Assembly (NCBI GenBank): GCA_023954355.1
Contig: JAMLID010000005.1
Coordinates: forward strand, 38,092 to 102,091
Length of the DNA stretch: 64,000 bases
Source: Oligoflexia bacterium
GTDB lineage: Bacteria; Bdellovibrionota; UBA1018; CAIPTA01
Direction: 5' to 3'
The notes under the pieces are model-generated. The model was not told the origin of the DNA. It did not search any database and saw only the letters and a list, made by a program, of their open reading frames with translations. Shown here one piece after another: positions 1 to 10,034 of this stretch. Within the stretch, counting starts at the first letter, position 1. The number at the start of each line of letters is the position of its first letter. The translations under genes and the position numbers were made by a program.

Positions 1-968
1 GCACCGTTCGCTATACAGAAGAAATTTTCGCAAAAGCTGAAGAAATGGGGATTCGTGCTTTTATTGGAAAATGTTTAATGGATAGAGAACATACCTATCC
101 TGGGCTTCGAGAAAAAACTCGCGATGCACTGAGAGAGAATGAAAAACTTTTTCAATCTTGGCATGGAAAAAATAAAGGTAAAATCCAATATGCGAACGCC
201 CCTCGCTTTGTACTTTCATGTACCGATCAATTACTACAAGAAATCCGAGATTTTTCTAATGAGCACAAACTTTTAATTCACACTCACTCCAGTGAAAATC
301 GTGCAGAAATAGAAGCAGTTCGAAGAATTTATGGAAAAGAAAATATCGAGGCACTTCACGACCTTGGATTAACAAATGAAAGACTCATTCTTGCCCACGG
401 AATTTGGCTTAGCGAGAGAGAAAAAGATATTCTCAAAGCTACAAAAACAAAAATTAGCCACTGCCCTAGCTCAAACTTAAAACTAGCTTCAGGAATATGC
501 TCAGTACCAGATTTAAGAGCACGTGATATTTGCGTAAGCCTTGGTGCCGATGGAGCTCCCTGCAATAATAGTTTAAATATGTTTAAAGAAATGCGTTTAG
601 CTTCTTTAATACAAAAGCCCATTCATGGACCTAAGTCTATGACAGCAAAAGAAATTTATCAAATGGCTACACTAGAGGGAGCAAATGCCTTAGGTAAGTT
701 AGATGAAATCGGTTCTTTAAGCGTAGGAAAAAAAGCAGACCTCATTCAACTCGACCTTGCTAGAGTCAATACCAATATAGATCTCGCTTCATCAGAAAGT
801 GATTCTGTTTTCTCAGCACTTGTTTATGCCGCTGATCGTGAGAATGTTCTCTCTACTTGGGTAGAAGGGCAATGCGTATACCAAAAATCAAAGGCTACCG
901 ACGAATGGGAAAAAGAGATTCACCAAAGGGCCGCCAACGAAAGAAAACGCCTTTTAAAGAGAATATAA
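1..968 (+). CDS. Amidohydrolase-family protein (TRZ/ATZ/MtaD-like nucleoside or guanine deaminase). The 5' end is truncated by the window start.
   Basis: The reading frame is open from base 3 and the ORF-track M sits at 45. The protein is metal-dependent-hydrolase-like (HTHSSEN motif, C-terminal D..G...L). The true start lies upstream of the window. Confidence 0.6.
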   Translation, partial: TVRYTEEIFAKAEEMGIRAFIGKCLMDREHTYPGLREKTRDALRENEKLFQSWHGKNKGKIQYANAPRFVLSCTDQLLQEIRDFSNEHKLLIHTHSSENRAEIEAVRRIYGKENIEALHDLGLTNERLILAHGIWLSEREKDILKATKTKISHCPSSNLKLASGICSVPDLRARDICVSLGADGAPCNNSLNMFKEMRLASLIQKPIHGPKSMTAKEIYQMATLEGANALGKLDEIGSLSVGKKADLIQLDLARVNTNIDLASSESDSVFSALVYAADRENVLSTWVEGQCVYQKSKATDEWEKEIHQRAANERKRLLKRI

Positions 969-996
969 GGCCCCTGAGAGAGCCTAAACAAGAAAA

Positions 997-1025
997 TTGA
1001 CACATAGCAATATATTTACTATATT
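997..1025 (+). promoter_or_regulatory. Sigma70-like promoter: TTGACA, 17-nt spacer, TATATT.
   Basis: TTGACA at 997-1002, a 17-nt spacer, and TATATT at 1020-1025. It lies about 30 nt upstream of the gene that starts at 1057. Confidence 0.5.
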
Positions 1026-1056
1026 CCATCCTGATTTTTAACCGAAAGGAAAACTC

Positions 1057-1449
1057 ATGAAATATTCAATGCTTTTACTTGCGCTCAGCTTTTTACCCTA
1101 CTCATCCCTTGCCGCACCAACCATTTTGTATATCGATATCGCAGACTGCAAAATGGAAAACCAAGAAGAAGGCTCCTTTAAAATTATGGTGAATGGTAAT
1201 ACAGCAGATCAAGTAGGATCATCTGAAGGGATTCTCGTTTTTAGTGCGATTCCGCACCCAGAATACGAAGATGAGACAATCACTATGGCTGCCAGCACTA
1301 CCGTAACAAAGAAGACAGATGGTACATATGAACTAGTTCATATGTTTCTTTCTCCTGAAGATAATTTAGTCAAAATCATTCCTGGAAAAGAAACTAAAAA
1401 GAGAACCCCTAATGGCATTCTTAGCTGTAAGGGAAAAAGAGTCGAATAA
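1057..1449 (+). CDS. Hypothetical secreted protein, 130 aa.
   Basis: N-terminal signal peptide MKYSMLLLALSFLPYSSLAAP. A good RBS (AAAGGAAAA) precedes the ATG. Confidence 0.6.
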   Translation: MKYSMLLLALSFLPYSSLAAPTILYIDIADCKMENQEEGSFKIMVNGNTADQVGSSEGILVFSAIPHPEYEDETITMAASTTVTKKTDGTYELVHMFLSPEDNLVKIIPGKETKKRTPNGILSCKGKRVE

Positions 1450-1697
1450 AAGTATCCTGCAAAGCAGCGAAAATAGATCTAACCCTGTTTCAGATAAGGC
1501 GTTCTTTATATGCCTAATGACAAAAAGGGGTTGATCTAGGCATTAGTGACAGCATAGAAGCAAAATCGGCAATAGTTACGCCTGTATAGGCTCTTATCTC
1601 TATACCCAAAGAAGCGAAAAGCCCTAATGATGGCAAAACTACTAGTCTCTAGGCCAGGCTTGTAACTAATTTTTCTTCTTTCACACGTGTACTATAC

Positions 1698-1726
1698 TTG
1701 ACACCCTGGCGCTGAAAAGCTAAAAA
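1698..1726 (+). promoter_or_regulatory. Candidate promoter upstream of rplU-rpmA: TTGACA, 17-nt spacer, TAAAAA.
   Basis: TTGACA at 1698-1703, a 17-nt spacer, and a weak -10 (TAAAAA) at 1721-1726. It sits in the 350-bp intergenic region ahead of rplU. Confidence 0.3.
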
Positions 1727-1800
1727 AGCCTTTATTTCCCAATGAGGAGACGGCCTTTCATTATTGAAATTTTAGGCCTTTATAGTAAAGGAAACAAGCA

Positions 1801-2355
1801 ATGTACGCAGTATTTCACACCGGTGGAAAACAATATAAAGTAAAAAAGGGAGACACTCTACAAGTTGAATTGCTTCCTTTAGAGATGGGATCAAAAACAG
1901 ATTTTAAAGAAATTCTTTTAGTGGGCACTGGTGCTACCGTAAAAATCGGCCAGCCATTTGTTTCTTCTGCGACTGTAAGTGCAGAAGTTGTAGCGATTGA
2001 AAAGGGCCCTAAAGTGATCGTGTATCACAAGAAAAGAAGAAAACAGTCTGACAAAAAAACTGGCCATCGCCAGCCTTATACAAGACTTTTAATTACCTCT
2101 ATCGACAACGGTGCTGGTGAAACCGACACCTTATCTGATAGCGAAAGAACTCAGGTTCTTGCGAATACAGGTTTTGCGAAAAAAGATGCTTGGGCATTAG
2201 TAGAAGAAAGCGCAACAGAAGAGAAAACAGAAAAGAAAGTTGCTAAGAAGAAAGTAGCCCCAGTGAAAAAGGCGGCTCCTGCTAAGAAGAAAGCTCCAGC
2301 AAAAAGAGCTGCTGCTAAAAAACCTGCAGCAAAAAAAGTTTCTAAAAAAAGTTAA
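1801..2355 (+). CDS. rplU: 50S ribosomal protein L21 with an ~80-aa Lys/Ala/Pro-rich (histone-H1-like) C-terminal extension.
   Basis: N-terminus MYAVFHTGGKQYKVKKGDTL..GHRQPYTRL is the canonical L21 core of about 103 aa. It is followed by KKVAKKKVAPVKKAAPAKKKAPAKRAAAKKPAAKK repeats. An RBS (AAAGGA) is present. Confidence 0.9.
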   Translation: MYAVFHTGGKQYKVKKGDTLQVELLPLEMGSKTDFKEILLVGTGATVKIGQPFVSSATVSAEVVAIEKGPKVIVYHKKRRKQSDKKTGHRQPYTRLLITSIDNGAGETDTLSDSERTQVLANTGFAKKDAWALVEESATEEKTEKKVAKKKVAPVKKAAPAKKKAPAKRAAAKKPAAKKVSKKS

Positions 2356-2373
2356 CGAAAGAAGGAAGTAACA

Positions 2374-2634
2374 ATGGCATCGAAAAAAGCTGGTGGTAGT
2401 ACTAAAAACGGACGAGATAGTAATGCGAAAATGAGAGGCATTAAGCGTTTCGGTGGTGAAAACGTTCGCTCTGGAAACATTTTGGTTAGACAAGTGGGAA
2501 CACGTTTTCACGCTGGTAAAAATGTTGGCCTAGGTAGAGATTTTACCTTATTCGCTCTTATTGACGGCGTAGTAAAATTCGAAAACAAAGACAGAAAACG
2601 CTTAAAGGTTTCTGTTTATCCTGCTGCGATTTAA
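2374..2634 (+). CDS. rpmA: 50S ribosomal protein L27.
   Basis: [28 protein letters not shown] is the L27 signature. An RBS (GAAGGAAG) is present. Confidence 0.9.
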   Translation: MASKKAGGSTKNGRDSNAKMRGIKRFGGENVRSGNILVRQVGTRFHAGKNVGLGRDFTLFALIDGVVKFENKDRKRLKVSVYPAAI

Positions 2635-2659
2635 ACATCAGACCAGGAAAAGAATGAAG

Positions 2660-2691
2660 GCACCTGCGTATTAACGTCAGGTGCTTTTTTT
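2660..2691 (+). terminator. Rho-independent terminator downstream of rpmA.
   Basis: GCACCTG, loop, CAGGTGC, then TTTTTTT. Confidence 0.7.
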
Positions 2692-2715
2692 ATGGCTTTA
2701 GCCAATGGATAGAAA

Positions 2716-3753
2716 ATGAGATTCGTAGATGAAGCAAATATAAGTGTGAAAGCTGGTCATGGTGGTCCTGGCTCAGTACACTTTCGCCGAGAAACCATGG
2801 AACCCAGAGGCGGCCCTGACGGTGGTGATGGTGGTCGCGGAGGAAACATCTATCTCTATGTAGACACAAATCTAGCTACATTAATGGATTTTCGTTTTAA
2901 GAAAAAATATGTCGCTGAGAGTGGTGATCCAGGAAGTGGAAAGAAAAGAAATGGCAAAGATGGAGTCGACACGATTTTAAAAGTTCCTGTGGGAACTATC
3001 GTACGAGATTCCCAGACCGAAGAAATTCTTTTTGAGCTTACCGAAGCTACTGGAGAAAATATTCTACTCTGTCGAGGCGGTCGCGGGGGCAAAGGCAATG
3101 CCCACTTTGCCACGTCTACACACCAAACCCCTCGTTTTGCTCAACCCGGAGAAGAGGGAGAAGAAAAAGAAATCACCCTCGAACTAAAGCTCTTGGCCGA
3201 TGTAGGTCTAGTTGGATTCCCAAATGTAGGCAAATCTAGTTTCATCGCCTCTGTCTCTGCTGCCAGACCAAAGATTGCAGACTATGCTTTTACTACCCTA
3301 GTTCCTAACCTTGGTGTCGTGCGCTTGGATGATAGAAGAACTTTTGTAATCGCCGATGTTCCTGGTCTTATTGAGGGAGCCCATAAAGGGGTCGGTCTAG
3401 GTACTCGCTTTCTCAAACACCTAGAAAGAACAAAAATTTATCTACACATTATCGACGCCATTTCAGGAAGAGACCCCTCTAGTGATTATGAAATCATTCG
3501 TAATGAATTAAAACAGCATAATCCAGAGCTTCTAGCGAAAAAAGAAATCATTGTGATCAATAAAATAGACTCTCTCCAAGAAGATGAAGAAATCAATAAA
3601 TTCTGCACGCAACTAGAGAAAGAAAAAAAAGTATTTCGAAAAATTTCTGTAGCCACCAGGCAAGGACTCGATGAGTTGCTACAGTTAATCTCTGACCACC
3701 TCTATACTGATAAGTACGAGAACTACACTCAAAAACAAAGGCCTCTGGCATGA
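2716..3753 (+). CDS. obg: GTPase Obg/CgtA.
   Basis: MRFVDEANISVKAGHGGPGSVHFRRE and a Gly-rich N-terminal Obg fold. G1 motif GFPNVGKSS. DVPGLIEGA. Confidence 0.9.
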   Translation: MRFVDEANISVKAGHGGPGSVHFRRETMEPRGGPDGGDGGRGGNIYLYVDTNLATLMDFRFKKKYVAESGDPGSGKKRNGKDGVDTILKVPVGTIVRDSQTEEILFELTEATGENILLCRGGRGGKGNAHFATSTHQTPRFAQPGEEGEEKEITLELKLLADVGLVGFPNVGKSSFIASVSAARPKIADYAFTTLVPNLGVVRLDDRRTFVIADVPGLIEGAHKGVGLGTRFLKHLERTKIYLHIIDAISGRDPSSDYEIIRNELKQHNPELLAKKEIIVINKIDSLQEDEEINKFCTQLEKEKKVFRKISVATRQGLDELLQLISDHLYTDKYENYTQKQRPLA

Positions 3754-4343
3754 TCGATTTTTCGCAAAAGGTTCTCTTTGGCGGAAGTTTCGATCCCATA
3801 CATCTTGGACACATTGCTTTAGCTCAATCTATAAAATCACAAACAAAGTATAAAAATGTTATTTTTATCCCGGCCTACCAAAGCCCGGGGAAAAAAAATC
3901 CCTTAGCTCCAGCAAGTCTTAGACTAAAATGGGTTAAAGATGCGGTAATCCCTCTAGGATTTGAAGTTTGGGATTATGAAATAAAACGTGCTCAAGAAAG
4001 CTTCAGTATTTACACTGTGCAAGAGGTTTATTCTCACACCCAAGTGGATGTGCCCGTATTAGTGGGAGCGGATAGCTATGCTTCCTTAGAGAGCTGGAAA
4101 AACTATACCGAGCTTCGCGCTAAAGCATGTTTTCTTGTCGTGAATCGCCCAGGCTACGAACTGCAAAAAAAGTCCCCTAAAGACCAAATCCTCGAAATCC
4201 CTGAGAATTTTCTTAGTTCAACAAGTATCCGCCTAGACCTTAAAAAGGGGTTAATCCCCGAAAAAGCTCTACCAGAGCCCGTAGAGAGAGACATCCATAA
4301 TCTTATTTTGCTGAGCCAAAACCCTTATGTTAAAGATAACTAA
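3750..4343 (+). CDS. nadD: Nicotinate-nucleotide adenylyltransferase.
   Basis: GGSFDPIHLGH motif. It overlaps obg by 4 bp. Confidence 0.8.
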   Translation: MIDFSQKVLFGGSFDPIHLGHIALAQSIKSQTKYKNVIFIPAYQSPGKKNPLAPASLRLKWVKDAVIPLGFEVWDYEIKRAQESFSIYTVQEVYSHTQVDVPVLVGADSYASLESWKNYTELRAKACFLVVNRPGYELQKKSPKDQILEIPENFLSSTSIRLDLKKGLIPEKALPEPVERDIHNLILLSQNPYVKDN

Positions 4344-4753
4344 TGGACGTTAAGGCAATTGCACTATTGTGCGCAGAAAAGTGTTTAGAGAAAAAAGGAG
4401 AGAACGTAGTTGTTCTCGACTTAGAGAATAAGTCTTCTGTAGCAGACTATTTCGTTATCTGTAGTGGATACTCTGATCGTCAGGTTTCTGCTATCGCTGA
4501 ACATGTAGCTTCAGAGCTAAAAGAAAGCGGAAACACCCCCATCTCTAAAGAGGGGATAAGTGAAGGCCGCTGGAGCTTGATTGACTTTGGGCCTGTTATT
4601 GTCCATGTCTTTCAAGACAGCCTGCGCGACTTTTATAGCCTAGAGTCGTTATGGAAGGATGCTCCAAGAATTCGAATCCCTGGTACTGATAATGATTCTA
4701 GTGATGATATGTACCGCAACGAATTTGATCCGAATACTGCCCGATTCTCTTAA
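4343..4753 (+). CDS. rsfS: Ribosomal silencing factor RsfS (iojap) with an acidic C-terminal tail.
   Basis: VVLDL..KSSVADYFVICSGYSDRQVSAIAEHV..IVHVF matches RsfS. It has about 30 extra C-terminal residues. Confidence 0.8.
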   Translation: MDVKAIALLCAEKCLEKKGENVVVLDLENKSSVADYFVICSGYSDRQVSAIAEHVASELKESGNTPISKEGISEGRWSLIDFGPVIVHVFQDSLRDFYSLESLWKDAPRIRIPGTDNDSSDDMYRNEFDPNTARFS

Positions 4754-4819
4754 GAAAATTCTCAGCATCTACCTTAAGGGAAATTGCTATTCTGCGCGTT
4801 AAAATGATAAATATTTGCT

Positions 4820-6244
4820 ATGAATATTCCATCTACAAACGAGCAAGAACAAGCATCCGATAAGCCACTTAAAAATCTGCCAGATATGGCGACTCTGGTG
4901 AGCCTTTGTAAAAGAAGAGGATTCATTTTTCCCTCATCGGAAGTTTATGGTGGAATCAATTCTTGCTGGGATTATGGCCCTCTAGGTATTGAGATTAAGC
5001 TAGCTGCCAAACAAGCATGGTGGAGCTCTATGACCCACCAGCATGACGACGTAGATGGTATTGATGCCTCCATTCTCATGCATCCTAGAGTTTGGGAAGC
5101 CAGTGGGCATGTAGAGAACTTTAATGACCCACTAGTAGATTGCAAAAAATGTAAAGCAAGGCATAGGGCAGATCACTTAAAGCCTGTAAAAGAATTAGAA
5201 GCAAAACTAGGACACTTACCTACCTTAGAAGAAATGGCTAGCGTTCTAAGTGCAGCAAACTGCCCTAGTTGTGGTAGTGCTAATACACTTACCGCTCCAA
5301 GACTTTTTAATATGATGTTTAAAACTCATATGGGCCCAGTTGCTGATGATGCAAACACTGTTTATTTACGACCAGAAACTGCACAAGGCATTTTTGTAAA
5401 CTTTAGAAACGTACAAGAAACAATGAGAAGAAAACTTCCTTTTGGAATCGCGCAAATTGGAAAAGCCTTTCGTAATGAAATCACCCCAGGAAACTTTACC
5501 TTTCGTACAAGAGAGTTTGAACAAATGGAGATGCAATACTTTGTAGCCCCAGGCACAGACTCTGAACACTTTGAACGCTGGAAAGAAGAGCGCATTCAGT
5601 GGCATGTAGATAATGGATTAAGAAAAGAAAAGCTTCGCTTTCATCCGCATGGAGAAAATGAACTAGCTCACTATGCAAAACAAGCAGGTGATATTGAGTA
5701 CGAGTTTCCTATCGGCTGGTCAGAGCTAGAAGGCATTCACAATAGAACTGACTTTGACCTCAAAAGGCATACTGAATTTTCTGGTAAAAGCCTTCAGTAT
5801 ACAGATGAAAAAAATAATAAGTATATTCCCTATGTAATAGAGACATCAGTAGGCTGCGATCGTTTTGTACTTTCTCTACTTTGTGATGCTTATCGGTTTA
5901 ATGATGAACGTGTAGTAATGCAATTTATGCCAAAATACGCCCCTTATAAGTTAGCCGTATTTCCTTTAATGAAAAAAGATGAGCTTATGGCACCGTCAGA
6001 GAAAATTTTTAATGATTTAAGAAAAGAATTCAGAACTGATTTTGACGTTTCTGGATCAATTGGTAAACGCTACCGAAGACACGAAGAAATTGGAACACCT
6101 TTCTGTCTTACTGTTGATTACGACAGTCTGATTGATAAATGCGTAACCATTCGTCATAGAGACACCATGAAACAAGAACGTATCTCCTGGGAAAAAATAT
6201 CTGAATACGTAAACCATGCTTTTTCGCATTGGAAACCTATCTAA
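4820..6244 (+). CDS. glyQS: Glycine--tRNA ligase (dimeric alpha2 type).
   Basis: [24 protein letters not shown] and class-II aaRS motifs. 474 aa. Confidence 0.85.
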   Translation: MNIPSTNEQEQASDKPLKNLPDMATLVSLCKRRGFIFPSSEVYGGINSCWDYGPLGIEIKLAAKQAWWSSMTHQHDDVDGIDASILMHPRVWEASGHVENFNDPLVDCKKCKARHRADHLKPVKELEAKLGHLPTLEEMASVLSAANCPSCGSANTLTAPRLFNMMFKTHMGPVADDANTVYLRPETAQGIFVNFRNVQETMRRKLPFGIAQIGKAFRNEITPGNFTFRTREFEQMEMQYFVAPGTDSEHFERWKEERIQWHVDNGLRKEKLRFHPHGENELAHYAKQAGDIEYEFPIGWSELEGIHNRTDFDLKRHTEFSGKSLQYTDEKNNKYIPYVIETSVGCDRFVLSLLCDAYRFNDERVVMQFMPKYAPYKLAVFPLMKKDELMAPSEKIFNDLRKEFRTDFDVSGSIGKRYRRHEEIGTPFCLTVDYDSLIDKCVTIRHRDTMKQERISWEKISEYVNHAFSHWKPI

Positions 6245-6258
6245 ATTTGGAGCAAATC

Positions 6259-8946
6259 ATGAGCAAAAAATATGTATATTCCTTTGGCCAAAGAAAATGC
6301 GAAGGCGACGGTAGTCAAAAAATGCTTCTTGGAGGCAAGGGCGCAAACCTAGCTGAAATGATGCAAATGAAATTGCCTGTACCTCCAGGCTTTACCATCT
6401 CAACCGAAGTTTGCACTCATTACTACCAGAATAAAAAATCATATCCTGAGTCACTTACAACAGAAGTAAAAGCTGCTGTAAAGCAAATGGAAGAAGAACT
6501 AGCAGAAACAAAAATGAAATTTTCTGATGCAAAAAATCCTTTGCTCGTCTCTGTTCGCTCAGGTGCTCCGGTTTCTATGCCAGGCATGATGGATACTGTA
6601 TTGAATTTAGGCTTGAACGACCAATCTATTCAAGGCTTAATTGAGCAATCAAAAGACCCACGTTTCTCTTATGATTCTTACCGACGCTTTATTATGATGT
6701 ATTCAGACGTTGTATTAGGCGTAAACACTTCATTTTTTGAAACTGCTTTAGAAGAAAAGAAATTAGACATGGGAGTAGAGTTAGACACTGAACTCGATGT
6801 CGATAGCTTAAAGTCTCTTGTAAAAACATTTAAAAGCATTGTTCTTGAACATACGGGAAAAGTTTTTCCAGAAGATCCTTGGGATCAACTCTGGGGCGCT
6901 GTAGGAGCTGTATTTGGTTCATGGAAAAATCCTCGTGCCAACACCTATAGAAGAATCAATGGAATATCTGAAGAAATCGGAACTGCCGTAAACGTACAAG
7001 CCATGGTTTATGGAAATATGGGAGACGATTGCGCAACCGGTGTTGCTTTCACAAGAGACCCCTCCACGGGCGAAAAGAAGTTTTTTGGTGAATTTCTCAT
7101 CAACGCGCAGGGTGAAGACGTAGTAGCAGGAATCAGAACACCTCAGCCAATCAACCAAGAAAGTATTAACGACTCAAATAAAGATTTACCAACTTTAGAG
7201 AAAACGCTGCCTTCGGCTTATAAAGACCTAGTAGCTCTGTATCAAAAATTAGAATCACACTACAAAGATATGCAAGATATCGAGTTTACTATTCAAAAAG
7301 GCAAACTCTTTATGTTGCAAACAAGAAATGGAAAACGCACAGCTGCTGCAGCAATCAAAATTGCCGTCGACATGGTAAACGAAAAGCTAATCGATAAAAA
7401 AACCGCAATTTCTCGTGTAAGCCCCTCTCAACTAGACCAGCTTTTACATCCACGCCTAGACCCGAAAGCAAAAAAAGATATTATTGCTAAAGGGCTTCCA
7501 GCATCACCAGGAGCCGTTAGCGGAAAAATAGTTTTTGATCCAGATGTAGCCGAAAAATGGGTTAAAGAAAAAAATGAAAAGGTCATTCTTGTTCGAATCG
7601 AAACTTCTCCAGAAGATATTCACGGAATGCACGTCGCTGAAGGCATTCTTACTGCTCGTGGAGGAATGACATCTCACGCGGCCGTAGTTGCCAGAGGAAT
7701 GGGTAAAACCTGTGTAGCTGGATGTGGTGCTCTAAAAATTTCGTATGAAAAGAAAACACTAGACGTAGGTGGAAAAATCTACCAAGAGGGTGAATGGTTC
7801 ACTCTAGATGGAACACAAGGTGAAGTTATCGCAGGCAAAGTAGAAACTGTAACACCAGAGCTTACAGGATCTTTTCACGAGCTTATGACTTGGGCCGACG
7901 AGGTTCGTAAACTAAAAGTCAGAACCAATGCGGATACACCAACAGACGCTAAAATCGCTAGAAAATTCGGTGCTGAAGGGATTGGACTCTGTCGTACTGA
8001 ACATATGTTCTTTGACCCTGAACGTATCGAAGCTGTTCGTCATATGATTTTAGCAGATTCAACTAAAGAAAGAGAAAATGCACTTAAAAAACTTCTACCT
8101 ATGCAAAGAGGAGATTTTTATCAACTCTTTCAAGAAATGCAGGGACTACCTGTAACGATTAGACTCTTAGACCCACCTCTTCACGAATTCTTACCTCACA
8201 AAAAAGAAGATATGGCTTCACTTGCTAAAGAGATGGATGTTTCACTAGAAGCACTCCAAAGAAGAACGGAATCGTTGCATGAGTTTAATCCTATGCTAGG
8301 TCACAGAGGCTGCCGTTTAGGAGTTTCTTTTCCAGAAATTTATAAAATGCAAGTGCGGGCCATAGTAGAAGCGGCTTGTGAGTTAAAAAAGAAAACATCA
8401 GCAGTGGCTGAACCTGAAATTATGATTCCACTAATCAGCGACTGGAAAGAACTTCAATACATTCGAAACTACTGTGAAGAAGAGATTAAAGCTGTATTTT
8501 CAGAAATGAAAGTTGAGGTTCCCTATACAATCGGAACCATGATCGAGCTGCCAAGAGCTGCCCTAACCGCAGATAAAATTACTGACCCAACATTAGGGAA
8601 TGCAGAATTCTTTTCTTTTGGAACTAACGATCTGACGCAAACGACATACGGATTATCAAGAGATGATTCTGCTTCGTTCCTAGGAACATATGTAGAGAAA
8701 AAAGTCTTCCCTACTGACCCATTTGTATCCATTGATACCGATGGAGTAGGAACATTGATGAAAATTGCTACTGACCACGGCAGAAAAGTACGTGGCCCCA
8801 AATTAAAAGTAGGCATTTGTGGCGAGCAAGGTGGTGACCCTAAATCTATTCACTTTTGTCACTCTATAGGACTTGACTATGTAAGCTGTAGTCCATTTCG
8901 TGTGCCTGTGGCTCGTTTAGCAGCAGCTCAAGCTACATTGAAATAA
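6259..8946 (+). CDS. ppdK: Pyruvate, phosphate dikinase.
   Basis: MSKKYVYSFG...GGKGANLAEM, the phosphohistidine region GGMTSHAAVVARGMGK, and a PEP-utilizing C-terminal domain. The start was chosen at the ATG with a GGAG RBS. Confidence 0.9.
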   Translation: MSKKYVYSFGQRKCEGDGSQKMLLGGKGANLAEMMQMKLPVPPGFTISTEVCTHYYQNKKSYPESLTTEVKAAVKQMEEELAETKMKFSDAKNPLLVSVRSGAPVSMPGMMDTVLNLGLNDQSIQGLIEQSKDPRFSYDSYRRFIMMYSDVVLGVNTSFFETALEEKKLDMGVELDTELDVDSLKSLVKTFKSIVLEHTGKVFPEDPWDQLWGAVGAVFGSWKNPRANTYRRINGISEEIGTAVNVQAMVYGNMGDDCATGVAFTRDPSTGEKKFFGEFLINAQGEDVVAGIRTPQPINQESINDSNKDLPTLEKTLPSAYKDLVALYQKLESHYKDMQDIEFTIQKGKLFMLQTRNGKRTAAAAIKIAVDMVNEKLIDKKTAISRVSPSQLDQLLHPRLDPKAKKDIIAKGLPASPGAVSGKIVFDPDVAEKWVKEKNEKVILVRIETSPEDIHGMHVAEGILTARGGMTSHAAVVARGMGKTCVAGCGALKISYEKKTLDVGGKIYQEGEWFTLDGTQGEVIAGKVETVTPELTGSFHELMTWADEVRKLKVRTNADTPTDAKIARKFGAEGIGLCRTEHMFFDPERIEAVRHMILADSTKERENALKKLLPMQRGDFYQLFQEMQGLPVTIRLLDPPLHEFLPHKKEDMASLAKEMDVSLEALQRRTESLHEFNPMLGHRGCRLGVSFPEIYKMQVRAIVEAACELKKKTSAVAEPEIMIPLISDWKELQYIRNYCEEEIKAVFSEMKVEVPYTIGTMIELPRAALTADKITDPTLGNAEFFSFGTNDLTQTTYGLSRDDSASFLGTYVEKKVFPTDPFVSIDTDGVGTLMKIATDHGRKVRGPKLKVGICGEQGGDPKSIHFCHSIGLDYVSCSPFRVPVARLAAAQATLK

Positions 8947-8951
8947 GCTTA

Positions 8952-10034
8952 ATGGACTCGGTAGAAGTCTTTCATAAAAGCGATGACTATCTATCTAGTC
9001 TTGAACAGGCTATACAATCTGCCCAAGACTCTATCTATATTGAAATGTATATTTTTGAGTGGGACGATGCAGGCAAATATCTTCTACAATTATTATCGGC
9101 AGCTAACAAAAGAGACGTAAGAATATTTATTCGTATTGATGGTATTGGCTCGTTACAAAGTAGCATCAGGCTAAAGATTTTTTGTAAAAAACATAATCTT
9201 GCTTTAGAAGTTTATCATCCGTCTCCATTCGCTACTCTAAACACAAAAAAACAAAATCTTTTTTATTATTGGAAAATTTTTCTATATCGATGGCGAATTC
9301 TCAACAGAAGAACGCACAGAAAAATTATCCTTATCGACAATCATATTGCCTACATCGGTGGCCGCAACATTCACAACCAAGCATTTAGTCGATTTGCAGG
9401 AGAGTCCGCATGGGAAGATAGCTCGATACTACTTAAAGGCAAGATCTGTGAGTCCATTTTCGAAATTTTTTGGTTTTATCCTTTTCGAACTCTTCCAATT
9501 GATAATTTACTTTTCAATTACTCTCTTCAGCTTCGGCGTAAGCGCTGGAAGTTTATTCGAGATAAAATCAAATCTGCACAAAAAAGAATTTGGATATCTT
9601 CTCCCTACTTAATGCCCACACCACAACTTCAATTTGCACTTAGAAAAGCTAGCAAGAAAGGAATAGATGTAAAAATTATAACAACAGAACTCACTGATGT
9701 TCTTATTAGTAAGTTAGCCGCAGAGGGTTTATTTAAAAAATTGCTTAAATGGAATGTTCACTTATTTTACTATCGTGAAAAAATATACCATCGCAAGCTA
9801 TTAGTAATCGATGATATGGCAATTTCTGGATCAGCTAATCTCAACTCTAGAAGCCTTTTGCACGATTTAGAGGTCGAGTGGATTGCCGACAATGGAAATG
9901 AATCTAGCTTTATTAAGCAATATGAATCTGACCTGAAGCACTCTAGAGAAGTTAACAGAAAAGAACTAGAGAGCTCTTCTTTTTTGAAAAATTTTGCTTC
10001 TTGGTTAGCAAGCTGGTTATCGTATTGGTTATGA
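8952..10034 (+). CDS. Phospholipase-D family protein (ClsB-like cardiolipin/phospholipid synthase).
   Basis: Two HKD motifs: HRKIILID..GGRNI and HRKLLVIDD..SGSANLNSRS. Confidence 0.75.
   Translation: MDSVEVFHKSDDYLSSLEQAIQSAQDSIYIEMYIFEWDDAGKYLLQLLSAANKRDVRIFIRIDGIGSLQSSIRLKIFCKKHNLALEVYHPSPFATLNTKKQNLFYYWKIFLYRWRILNRRTHRKIILIDNHIAYIGGRNIHNQAFSRFAGESAWEDSSILLKGKICESIFEIFWFYPFRTLPIDNLLFNYSLQLRRKRWKFIRDKIKSAQKRIWISSPYLMPTPQLQFALRKASKKGIDVKIITTELTDVLISKLAAEGLFKKLLKWNVHLFYYREKIYHRKLLVIDDMAISGSANLNSRSLLHDLEVEWIADNGNESSFIKQYESDLKHSREVNRKELESSSFLKNFASWLASWLSYWL

Noticed and set aside
2197-2511. 104-aa minus-strand ORF rich in F/S/C.
   Set aside because: Shadow ORF antisense to the Lys/Ala-rich tail of rplU and to rpmA. 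It is a codon-bias artefact of the AAG/AAA repeats.
9346-9612. 88-aa + ORF in an alternative frame.
   Set aside because: Embedded in the PLD-family gene between its two HKD motifs. The main frame is conserved throughout.
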